A stretch of 64,000 nucleotides of DNA from Escherichia coli O157 typing phage 4: the sequence record KP869102; one strand, given 5' to 3'. Under the pieces are notes generated by a model that saw only the letters and a program-made list of their open reading frames with translations, was not told the DNA's origin and did not search any database. The position numbers were made by a program, and so were the translations under genes. Below, piece by piece: positions 56,545 through 64,000 of the stretch (positions within the stretch are counted from its first letter, which is position 1; each line of letters starts with the position of its first letter).

Positions 56545-56894
56545 ACAATATACCTATCGAAAGGACGGCAGGCACCGGTGACGGGGGAGGCAACCACCGG
56601 GGATGGACGCTGCATAAAATGAGAACGGTTATCATTATCATTTAAAAATTTATGCAAAAAATCCTTGCTTTCTTTGTCCTGTGTGATACTATAATAACAA
56701 GCCGGGGCAACAGGGGCCGGGAGACAATCACCGGGCCTGCCCGTTATTCTGCAAACGAGAATGATTATCATTCAAAATTCTAAATGAGAACTCCTCGCAT
56801 TTAATAAATTTAATTAGCATGCTAATTACCCTCCGTAACAATTTCCTATAAAACAGTATCCCATAAAATATTTCCATATAGAAATTTTAAAAAT

Positions 56895-57069
56895 CCATTT
56901 CTGAAAACGAAAAATCGATTTCGTCCCCAAAAATTTCAGGTCGAGATCCGGAACGATTTCCAGAAAATCCGATTTAGAAAACGAAAAACAGATCGAGTAC
57001 TGAGAAATTTATCGAGAAAAATTTTCAGAAAATTCAATCTTTGAAACGAAAAACAGATCGAGTACCTGG
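56895..57069. repeat. AT-rich direct repeats (unit ending GAAAACGAAAAACAGATCGAGTAC), two full copies and one partial
   Basis: Near-identical ~44-bp copies at ~56957-57000 and ~57023-57066, partial copy ~56895-56925. Confidence 0.6.
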
Positions 57070-57377
57070 AAAGCTGCACTGCAACTTCAAGATAGTGGTT
57101 AGATTATTACCATAAAAGGTCAAGGGTAAGTGGAGGAAGTTCTAGTAGAAGGATGTGAGCATGTGTGGGAAATCTATAATGGTGGCCTGGAATATGGTGC
57201 AAACGATAGGATGAGTTATTCAGCTTGTCGCGCCTACTCTGAAAAATCCATTTTAGTTTTCGATCCATTTTCTGATTTTCTAAGAATTTTAAAATATCCA
57301 GCCCGGTGAAATATCAAAAGGAGGAAATCCATTTTAGAAATCCCCCTTATACTTGATATGCCAGGAATTTTCAAGTA

Positions 57378-57707
57378 TCAGTTGTCTTTGTTTTTAGGTT
57401 TGTACATGCGCAGAGGTATGGTCTTTGTAACATTCCATTTCCTCAACCCTTCCCAGCTCCAGTTGTGGGCGTGGTATCCGGTTATGCATGCACTACTGGA
57501 GTGATCGTAAGCATAAGAGAACGCTAAGCGCACCAGGTGGGGCCAGTCCTTCCATGGTTGTGGACCGTAAGCTTTTCTCCAACACCGACACAAACTAAAT
57601 GTCTCAAGGATAGGAAGGATAACAAACCCATACACTGTCACCAAAATAGTCAGTGCAATGATTGTCAGGAACACATACCCTGCAGTTGAAATGATGATCT
57701 CTGTCAT
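57378..57707 (-). CDS. membrane protein
   Basis: N-terminal TM helices; 109 aa. Confidence 0.4.
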   Translation of the reverse strand: MTEIIISTAGYVFLTIIALTILVTVYGFVILPILETFSLCRCWRKAYGPQPWKDWPHLVRLAFSYAYDHSSSACITGYHAHNWSWEGLRKWNVTKTIPLRMYKPKNKDN

Positions 57708-57907
57708 TTGTCGTCCCCTTTCTTACGGATATAGATGTGAGAACCTGCCTGTATATAAATTTCTCGACCATCTTCTGCGAAGATGTGGAATACACGGTCA
57801 CCTTCGTACTCAATACGAGATATCTTCATAATGGTCTTTCCACCTGGGATACGGATCTCGTCCCCCACAGCGATGTTCCATGCAGATTTAAGCTTAAACA
57901 TCTGCAC
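57704..57907 (-). CDS. hypothetical protein
   Basis: 67 aa, overlapping stop/start. Confidence 0.4.
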   Translation of the reverse strand: MQMFKLKSAWNIAVGDEIRIPGGKTIMKISRIEYEGDRVFHIFAEDGREIYIQAGSHIYIRKKGDDK

Positions 57908-58139
57908 CCTCCTTTGGGAACTTGAACTCTGGCATAGCCATATACGCTACAACAGGGTTGTGATCAAAGTAGAACTGACCGTTAATTATCCCGGTTTTAC
58001 TCACATAGTTACCAGATCCTGCAAGAACAACCTCGCAAGCTCCGAAATCTACATTGCCATCCTCATCAGCCATGGCTACGATATACTTTCCTAGAGGCAT
58101 GTTTTTAACGCCGTCTACAAATGTCCACCCTTTGTTCAT
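57894..58139 (-). CDS. hypothetical protein
   Basis: 81 aa. Confidence 0.4.
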   Translation of the reverse strand: MNKGWTFVDGVKNMPLGKYIVAMADEDGNVDFGACEVVLAGSGNYVSKTGIINGQFYFDHNPVVAYMAMPEFKFPKEGADV

Positions 58140-58159
58140 ACTTTATCTCCTGCACTTTC

Positions 58160-58492
58160 TTAAGGTAACCAGTAAACAATCTCGCCTTTCAGCTTCATGT
58201 CGTTTCCAACATAAATTTCCCAGCCATCCATCTTAGCAACTGTAGGCCCAAAGTCATCCGCACCCCTTACCTCTTTCCAGGCTCCGTAGTCAGGTTGCCA
58301 GATATAGAATCCACCTTCTTTGTCCCATGCTCCGTACACTACGTTTAACAGGTTTCCCATTGCAACAATGGTGGGCCGTGGGAATAATACATCTACAGAT
58401 GCGCCACAATTTCGGGTATCTTTTAAGTTGCAATCCCAAAAGATGTCTGCCAGTGTGGCGGCGATAGCTTTACGTCTTTCCAATGTTACCAT
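58160..58492 (-). CDS. hypothetical protein
   Basis: 110 aa. Confidence 0.4.
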   Translation of the reverse strand: MVTLERRKAIAATLADIFWDCNLKDTRNCGASVDVLFPRPTIVAMGNLLNVVYGAWDKEGGFYIWQPDYGAWKEVRGADDFGPTVAKMDGWEIYVGNDMKLKGEIVYWLP

Positions 58493-58502
58493 GGCACGAT
58501 AC

Positions 58503-58694
58503 TCACTTGTTGTTAATAAGTTCTAAAACTTTCTGTCTTACTTTGTCAAGGTCTGTTGATTCAAAAACTGTGCGATATCCCCAACTTTGCCCATAGGAGT
58601 GACTGCAATCTCCGTAGCACCATTGCTCAATTTGATAGTATTCAAGGAAGGGGTGCTGTCTAACTATGATGCCATCCCGGTTAAAAATTACCAT
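58503..58694 (-). CDS. hypothetical protein
   Basis: 63 aa. Confidence 0.35.
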   Translation of the reverse strand: MVIFNRDGIIVRQHPFLEYYQIEQWCYGDCSHSYGQSWGYRTVFESTDLDKVRQKVLELINNK

Positions 58695-58757
58695 AATACG
58701 TCGCTCTCTGTTAGTCTGTGCGTATATTATACACTGTAGTTTTCAGATGTCAATCTT

Positions 58758-59009
58758 TTACAGGTTACTCCAGTATACTCGGCATTTACATTTCGGGCAA
58801 TGAGGCTCTTTTATGTAATAACCATCAGTCTTTGGAACACTTTTTGGTGCAGTTTTAAGATTGTACCGAGTAAAACACCGGAAGCAGGTTACCTCTCCAA
58901 CCTGTTGATCGTTTATCCACTCGCCAGAGTAAAGCTCTCTCTTGTTTCTCATAATTCTCTCCCAAATCCTCTGCAATCTTATACCAAAATCTCCAGCCAG
59001 AAAGCACAC
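58758..59009 (-). CDS. zinc-ribbon protein
   Basis: CFRCFTRYNL...HCPKCKC Cys pairs. Confidence 0.4.
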   Translation of the reverse strand: MCFLAGDFGIRLQRIWERIMRNKRELYSGEWINDQQVGEVTCFRCFTRYNLKTAPKSVPKTDGYYIKEPHCPKCKCRVYWSNL

Positions 59010-59202
59010 GGGAACACTTTGATGATTGAATCTTTACCTGGTTCAGCAGTTCTTTTTCCGTAGGGTAGGTAGAAATACCCTCCTGCAGATTCGAACACAG
59101 CCCCTTCGGTTGTATCTATCACAGCCAGAATTAAGATTTTAGTCTCCATAGTGCTCCCTCTCTCAATCGTTGTGGTGACTATACCATCTCAAAAACCCGC
59201 TG

Positions 59203-59760
59203 TCAACACTTTTTGTACTCCACCACGATAATATTCATATCAAAAGTGGCAAGGTTAATAACGTCCTCTACGTGCTCCCACTTCAAACCGCCTATGCCGC
59301 ACCCGATCTTAGGGATGTAGAATGGTAAAGTCGATCCACTGAATACCTCATTGACTAGCTCAAAGCCTTTCAGGATTGAGAAATATTCAGCATTAGGTCC
59401 TGGGTAGAACTGAGTATACAGATTGATTCCGTAGACAATACCTCTCGGAGATAAGTGCTCCCATCGGGAGAACGCACCCAGTTTACTTAGGCAACCGTGT
59501 CTGGTCTCTTTGTCAGCTGCCAATGCTTGAGGGAACTCACGGGCAATCTGTTTTGCTATCCCCTTGCCCATTGTGTGGAAGCAGTTACAACCGTGGATCA
59601 GGTGACCAGCACCGCTCTTAAAAAGGGAGATTAAATCTCCCTCTACAGTATCAATAATCACGGTATGCCAGCTCCTCTTCCGCAATTTCAAAAAACTCAT
59701 CCCAACCTTGTGGCATATTTGAGTTGCCGAAGTGGCTTTCATAGTAAAGGTTCTCACCAC
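59203..59760 (-). CDS. macro-domain protein (ADP-ribose binding/processing)
   Basis: HLIHGCNCFHTMGKGIAKQIAREFP resembles the macro-domain core; true start probably an internal ATG. Confidence 0.55.
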   Translation of the reverse strand: MVRTFTMKATSATQICHKVGMSFLKLRKRSWHTVIIDTVEGDLISLFKSGAGHLIHGCNCFHTMGKGIAKQIAREFPQALAADKETRHGCLSKLGAFSRWEHLSPRGIVYGINLYTQFYPGPNAEYFSILKGFELVNEVFSGSTLPFYIPKIGCGIGGLKWEHVEDVINLATFDMNIIVVEYKKC

Positions 59761-60076
59761 TTGGGAGATAGAAATCTGTTACCTCGTAGAATCCACAATC
59801 GTCGCACTCGCCTTCTTCAAACTTGGCCTCAACCTTAATACCGAGGAAGGTGAAAAGTTTATGAATATCTTCAGTTTCGAACTCCCAGTGAATGTTGTTT
59901 TCCGCATCGGTGTAGAACTGGATCAGCAGACCATTGTCCAGTTTACCAAAATACTCTGTGAAGTAACTTCCTTCCCAGAAATCTCTATGACAAATAATAT
60001 CCATGCGTTTGCCCATAATAATGGTGTGAGCGTTTTGGGCATCGTCGCGAATCAGTTTTGGCATTTCATAGATCAT
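59651..60076 (-). CDS. hypothetical acidic protein
   Basis: 141-aa ORF; 3-prime end overlaps macro-domain ORF. Confidence 0.4.
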   Translation of the reverse strand: MIYEMPKLIRDDAQNAHTIIMGKRMDIICHRDFWEGSYFTEYFGKLDNGLLIQFYTDAENNIHWEFETEDIHKLFTFLGIKVEAKFEEGECDDCGFYEVTDFYLPSGENLYYESHFGNSNMPQGWDEFFEIAEEELAYRDY

Positions 60077-60144
60077 CTTAGTTCTCCGGGTTCAACAGGT
60101 GGTGGTGCTACAGGAAGATCATAAAACATAGCTATCACAGTCTC

Positions 60145-60342
60145 TTACACAGGAATTGCTTCAAACAGGCCGTTATCTATACCGTCCTTCAGATAGAGAT
60201 TATATTCTATATCGGTATCTGTATAAAGGGCAGCATCCAGCATTCTATCTGTGAGTCCATCCATTGGGTGGAGAAACCACCACCCACGCCAGTCAAAGTA
60301 ACAGCCTGGTGCATCTTCTCTTACACGGATTCGATAAATCAT
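60145..60342 (-). CDS. hypothetical protein (gene A; second copy starts at 61334)
   Basis: 65 aa; identical N-terminus seen again at 61285-61334. Confidence 0.4.
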   Translation of the reverse strand: MIYRIRVREDAPGCYFDWRGWWFLHPMDGLTDRMLDAALYTDTDIEYNLYLKDGIDNGLFEAIPV

Positions 60343-60438
60343 GGGCAGTGGCCTCCTGTTAGTTATACATCCCAGTTTTCTTCGTTCATCGCGTCCTCCC
60401 GTTATATGAAGTTATAATTGCACACCTTTCAACCTGTG

Positions 60439-60855
60439 TCAACAGAAAACTTCAACAAATTCTTCCACAGTTTTAATGTCGTGGGAAAAAGGTTTACGGC
60501 TATAACGGGCAATAGCACTATCAACCACCGCCCGGTACTCCAAATCTTCAGAATATTTCATGAAGCATTGCAGCGTCTCTGGGCAGATAGCTAAATAGCT
60601 CCACCACCCTTCTTCAGATTGGTAGTCGAATCCCATACTCTCCAACCATGAAGCATATACTCCTGCACCCTCAAGCCAGTGAGTATTTTCATCCAGAAAC
60701 TTGTTAATAGACATGTGAGCTTCTAAGCATTTATCTAGCTCTTTTCCGTTAACCAGCCACGCACTGACCGTGGCGCATCCAAGGTCTACAGATTGAGTTG
60801 ACAGGTTGTATTGGTCATAGTTCTCAGGTTTAACAATGATATCTTCTAATGTCAT
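60439..60855 (-). CDS. hypothetical protein (gene B, copy 1)
   Basis: 138 aa; ~98 percent identical to 61431..61847. Confidence 0.45.
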   Translation of the reverse strand: MTLEDIIVKPENYDQYNLSTQSVDLGCATVSAWLVNGKELDKCLEAHMSINKFLDENTHWLEGAGVYASWLESMGFDYQSEEGWWSYLAICPETLQCFMKYSEDLEYRAVVDSAIARYSRKPFSHDIKTVEEFVEVFC

Positions 60856-60874
60856 TTTTCAGATCTCCTTATAC

Positions 60875-60903
60875 AAAAATGCCCCACCCTTTCGGGCAGG
60901 GCT
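60875..60903 (-). terminator. rho-independent terminator (second copy at ~61867-61895)
   Basis: On minus strand GCCCTGCCC-GAAA-GGGTGGGGC followed by ATTTTT. Confidence 0.65.
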
Positions 60904-60917
60904 ATGTTAACTAATTG

Positions 60918-61184
60918 TTAAAAAGGGATGTCATCATCAAAGGAGTACTGTGCTGGATTCTGATCCATTGGGTCATCTTCCTCATCATTTACAGGAGGAG
61001 CGTCTACAGTGTTTTGCTGTGGAGCTGCTTCCTGTTTGGTAGCCTGAGGTTCTTGATGGTCAGTTGACCCAGCACCGTTCTTGATCCAATCGTACAACGG
61101 CTCAGCCAGATTAGTCAAGACATCTTTTGCTTCTGCAGTAATTGCCGCTGCAAAATCATCAACTTTCGTTTTCTTGTCAATACG
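60918..61184 (-). CDS. SSB-like protein, C-terminal fragment ending DDDIPF (5-prime part lost in gap)
   Basis: Gly/Pro/Gln-rich linker then acidic tip ...PAQYSFDDDIPF-stop. Confidence 0.4.
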   Translation of the reverse strand, partial: RIDKKTKVDDFAAAITAEAKDVLTNLAEPLYDWIKNGAGSTDHQEPQATKQEAAPQQNTVDAPPVNDEEDDPMDQNPAQYSFDDDIPF

Positions 61185-61284
61185 NNNNNNNNNNNNNNNN
61201 NNNNNNNNNNNNNNNNNNNNNNNNNNNNNNNNNNNNNNNNNNNNNNNNNNNNNNNNNNNNNNNNNNNNNNNNNNNNNNNNNNNN
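61185..61284. other. assembly gap (run of N)
   Basis: 100 consecutive N. Confidence 0.99.
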
Positions 61285-61430
61285 TCAAAGTAACAGCCTG
61301 GTGCATCTTCTCTTACACGGATTCGATAAATCATGGGCAGTGGCCTCCTGTTAGTTATACATCCCAGTTTTCTTCGTTCATCGCGTCCTCCCGTTCTATG
61401 AAGTTATAATTGCACACCTTTCCACCTGTG

Positions 61431-61847
61431 TCAACAGAAAACTTCAACAAACTCTTCCACAGCTTTAATGTCGTGGGAAAAAGGTTTACGGCTATAACGG
61501 GCAATAGCACTATCAACCACCGCCCGGTACTCCAAATCTTCAGAATATTTCATGAAGCATTGCAGCGTCTCTGGGCAGATAGCTAAATAGCTCCACCACC
61601 CCTCTTCAGATTGGTAGTCGAATCCCATACTCTCCAACCATGAAGCATATACTCCTGCACCCTCTAGCCAGTGGGTATTTTCATCAAGAAATTTATTCAC
61701 CGACATGTGTGCTTCCAGGCACTCGTCAAGCTCTTTTCCGTTAACCAGCCATGCACTGACTGTGGCGCATCCGAGGTCTACAGATTGAGTTGACAGGTTG
61801 TATTGGTCATAGTTCTCAGGTTTAACAATGATATCTTCTAATGTCAT
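61431..61847 (-). CDS. hypothetical protein (gene B, copy 2)
   Basis: 138 aa; differs from copy 1 at a few residues. Confidence 0.45.
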   Translation of the reverse strand: MTLEDIIVKPENYDQYNLSTQSVDLGCATVSAWLVNGKELDECLEAHMSVNKFLDENTHWLEGAGVYASWLESMGFDYQSEEGWWSYLAICPETLQCFMKYSEDLEYRAVVDSAIARYSRKPFSHDIKAVEEFVEVFC

Positions 61848-61909
61848 TTTTCAGATCTCCTTATACAAAAATGCCCCACCCTTTCGGGCAGGGCTATGTC
61901 AGTTAGGTG

Positions 61910-62533
61910 CTAAAAGTATTCATAGAGGTATCCATCGGGAGCTGGAATTTTTTCATGAATGTAGTAATCAACACATATTCCGGTTTCTCTTCTACAAGAA
62001 TTGTGGGATACCCATTCTTTAAGAACGTTGCCATTCATGTCCAGCCTCCTTACATTTTTACACCGTCTACCGCTGGTGCTTCTATGCAACAGAATATCCT
62101 CCGTCTGCTTGTCTTTATTTTCTCCCCAGGTCGTTAAACGGATATTATCAAAAGAGTACCCTTTGAAATCATCTATCCTGTCACAAGAAGGCTTTTTCCT
62201 TTTGTCGTATCCGCTGGCTACCCACTGGTCATACAACTCTTTGTAACCGTTCAGGTATAGCCACTCCTTAAACTCTTTTTTGGTGTAAGTCGGAGGAGGG
62301 TGACCTCTTTGCTTGCTGTTGCACTTTTGAGCCTTGTACAACACGCGTATTACACCTTTTTCTGAAGAGTCGTGGGAAAACTGGTCAGCCTCCCTACTGG
62401 CCTTCTTACAACACTCTTTGCACTTATTAAGATGACCGTCAGACATCTTTGGGTGTTTGTAGAACTCGGAGAGGTTTTTCACCTCTCCGCACTTGATGCA
62501 TCTCTTACAATGCGTAGATTCTACTTTTGCCAT
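61910..62533 (-). CDS. putative HNH-type homing endonuclease
   Basis: N-terminal Cys cluster [13 protein letters not shown]...CKEC, SFDNIRL...GEN segment; present only in copy 2 of the duplicated locus. Confidence 0.5.
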   Translation of the reverse strand: MAKVESTHCKRCIKCGEVKNLSEFYKHPKMSDGHLNKCKECCKKASREADQFSHDSSEKGVIRVLYKAQKCNSKQRGHPPPTYTKKEFKEWLYLNGYKELYDQWVASGYDKRKKPSCDRIDDFKGYSFDNIRLTTWGENKDKQTEDILLHRSTSGRRCKNVRRLDMNGNVLKEWVSHNSCRRETGICVDYYIHEKIPAPDGYLYEYF

Positions 62534-63027
62534 ATTGCAGACCTACCGGAGCGAAAGGAATGTCATCACAGAAGTCATACTGTGCTGGATTCTGATCCAT
62601 CGGGTCATCTTCCTCATCATTTACAGGAGGAGCGTCTACAGTGTTTTGCTGTGGAGCTGTTTCCTGTTTGGCAGCCTGAGGTTCTTGATGGTCAGTTGAC
62701 CCAGCACCGTTCTTGATCCAATCGTACAACGGCTCAGCCAGATTAGTCAAGACATCTTTTGCTTCTGCAGTAATTGCCGCTGCAAAATCATCAACTTTCG
62801 TTTTCTTGTCAATACGGCGACAAGCGTTCAACACCGCATTACCGACACTGGCACCTACTTCATCTTCAGTTCGGTTGGTGGCCTGAGCATACTCTTTCTT
62901 AAGCTCAATGGTGACTACGTGCAGTGTTTTAGCCACGCCCAGTGGGTCGTCTACCTTAAACCCGCGATCCAGGATGATCTGCAACGCATTGATGCTATGC
63001 CCCGTTTCCACACCGATAGGGTCGTAA
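62505..63027 (-). CDS. SSB-like protein (copy 2), partial, with C-terminal extension past DDIPF
   Basis: Same linker and acidic tail as 60918 copy but frame continues ...[23 protein letters not shown]; N-terminus lost at gap. Confidence 0.4.
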
Positions 63028-63127
63028 NNNNNNNNNNNNNNNNNNNNNNNNNNNNNNNNNNNNNNNNNNNNNNNNNNNNNNNNNNNNNNNNNNNNNNNNN
63101 NNNNNNNNNNNNNNNNNNNNNNNNNNN
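63028..63127. other. assembly gap (run of N)
   Basis: 100 consecutive N. Confidence 0.99.
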
Positions 63128-63416
63128 TTACGACCCTATCGGTGTGGAAACGGGGCATAGCATCAATGCGTTGCAGATCATCCTGGATCGCGGGTTTAAG
63201 GTAGACGACCCACTGGGCGTGGCTAAAACACTGCACGTAGTCACCATTGAGCTTAAGAAAGAGTATGCTCAAGCCACCAACCGAACTGAAGATGAAGTAG
63301 GTGCCAGTGTCGGTAATGCGGTGTTGAACGCTTGTCGCCGTATTGACAAGAAAACGAAAGTTGATGATTTTGCAGCGGCAATTACTGCAGAAGCAAAAGA
63401 TGTCTTGACTAATCTG
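63128..63416. repeat. inverted duplicate of 62738..63027 (probable assembly artefact)
   Basis: Reverse complement of 63128-63416 matches 62738-63027 with one mismatch; arms flank an N gap. Confidence 0.7.
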
Positions 63417-63516
63417 NNNNNNNNNNNNNNNNNNNNNNNNNNNNNNNNNNNNNNNNNNNNNNNNNNNNNNNNNNNNNNNNNNNNNNNNNNNNNNNNNNNN
63501 NNNNNNNNNNNNNNNN
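63417..63516. other. assembly gap (run of N)
   Basis: 100 consecutive N. Confidence 0.99.
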
Positions 63517-63585
63517 GAAATGGGCAAAAAAGATGCAGAGGACAGCTCAATTCGGGAGTCATATCTACTACAAGGAGCGCAATAA

Positions 63586-64000
63586 ATGATTGTAAACAGT
63601 AATGAAACTAAAGCAGTACTAACCGGAAATATGGAGGTCACCAGGGGCTCAATTTCTCTGAACAAAGAGACTTTTGGGCTAATCATTAAAGGGATTTACG
63701 AAGATAAGGTGCTGGCAAGCTGCCGTGAACCAATCTTCAATGCTGTGGACTCCCATGTTGAGTCTGGACGGGGTGATGTACCGATCATCATTCACTCTCC
63801 TACAGACCTTGAACCATACTTCTTTGTGCAGGACGTTGGATTGGGCATGTCGGAAGAGATGGTCCGCAACACTTTCATGAACCTCGGGGAGTCAACCAAG
63901 CGCAACAGCAACGCTCTGGTAGGTAATAAAGGTGTAGGTTCAAAGGCCCCGTTCAGCATGGTGGACACTTTCGATGTGATCAGTGTGCACAACGGTGTTG
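63586..64000 (+). CDS. GHKL-type ATPase (Hsp90/MutL/GyrB-like ATP-binding fold), partial at window end
   Basis: AAGGAG RBS; N-box EPIFNAVDSH, G1 box QDVGLGM, G2 box GNKGVGSKAPF; no stop before window end. Confidence 0.5.
   Translation, partial: MIVNSNETKAVLTGNMEVTRGSISLNKETFGLIIKGIYEDKVLASCREPIFNAVDSHVESGRGDVPIIIHSPTDLEPYFFVQDVGLGMSEEMVRNTFMNLGESTKRNSNALVGNKGVGSKAPFSMVDTFDVISVHNGV

Noticed and set aside
56895-57069. Possible CRISPR array suggested by evenly spaced direct repeats
   Set aside because: Only two or three copies, repeat about 44 bp and AT-rich, intervening segments about 22 bp with no spacer-like diversity, and no cas genes; better explained as iterons or regulatory repeats.
62505-63686. 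393-aa minus-strand ORF spanning two N gaps, and plus-strand ORF 62919..63602
   Set aside because: Artefacts of translating through N runs and an inverted duplicated segment; only the 62505..63027 portion corresponds to a real SSB-like reading frame.

Overview
This window looks like a scaffolded draft of a large tailed dsDNA phage of a Gram-negative host (lambda R-type endolysin, Rz/Rz1-type spanins, sigma70-like promoters), with five 100-N-scale gaps after 52.8 kb. Layout: (1) 1-10.8 kb, minus strand: lambda-ordered head module (portal, small head protein, scaffold, decoration-like, major capsid, virion proteins), a terminase large subunit gene split by a ~0.9 kb intervening sequence carrying an EndoVII/HNH homing endonuclease, and a spanin pair. 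(2) 11.2-11.7 kb: five minus-strand tRNAs (Pro, Met, Thr, Tyr-like, Arg). (3) 11.8-16.6 kb: putative small terminase, two GC-rich non-coding islands, a palindrome array, and an RNA-repair-like trio (phosphoesterase, P-loop kinase, RNA ligase). (4) 17-41 kb, plus strand: nucleotide metabolism and DNA transactions (Sir2, MazG-like, DNA ligase, endolysin, 5-prime nuclease, RuvC-like, EndoVII-like, DnaQ-like exonuclease, two DNA methyltransferases, dNMP kinase, frameshifted HAD hydrolase, ThyX, NrdA/NrdB, glutaredoxin, NrdD/NrdG, PhoH, ClpP-like protease). (5) 41-52.6 kb: about 40 tightly packed small plus-strand genes, including a paralogous small acidic protein family, small membrane peptides and a ribosome hibernation factor homolog. 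(6) 52.9-64 kb: minus-strand small genes, a macro-domain protein, an iteron-rich ~1 kb non-coding region, and a duplicated locus that differs by an HNH endonuclease gene beside an SSB-tail-like gene. All functional calls come from motif recognition by eye and synteny; no database search was run.
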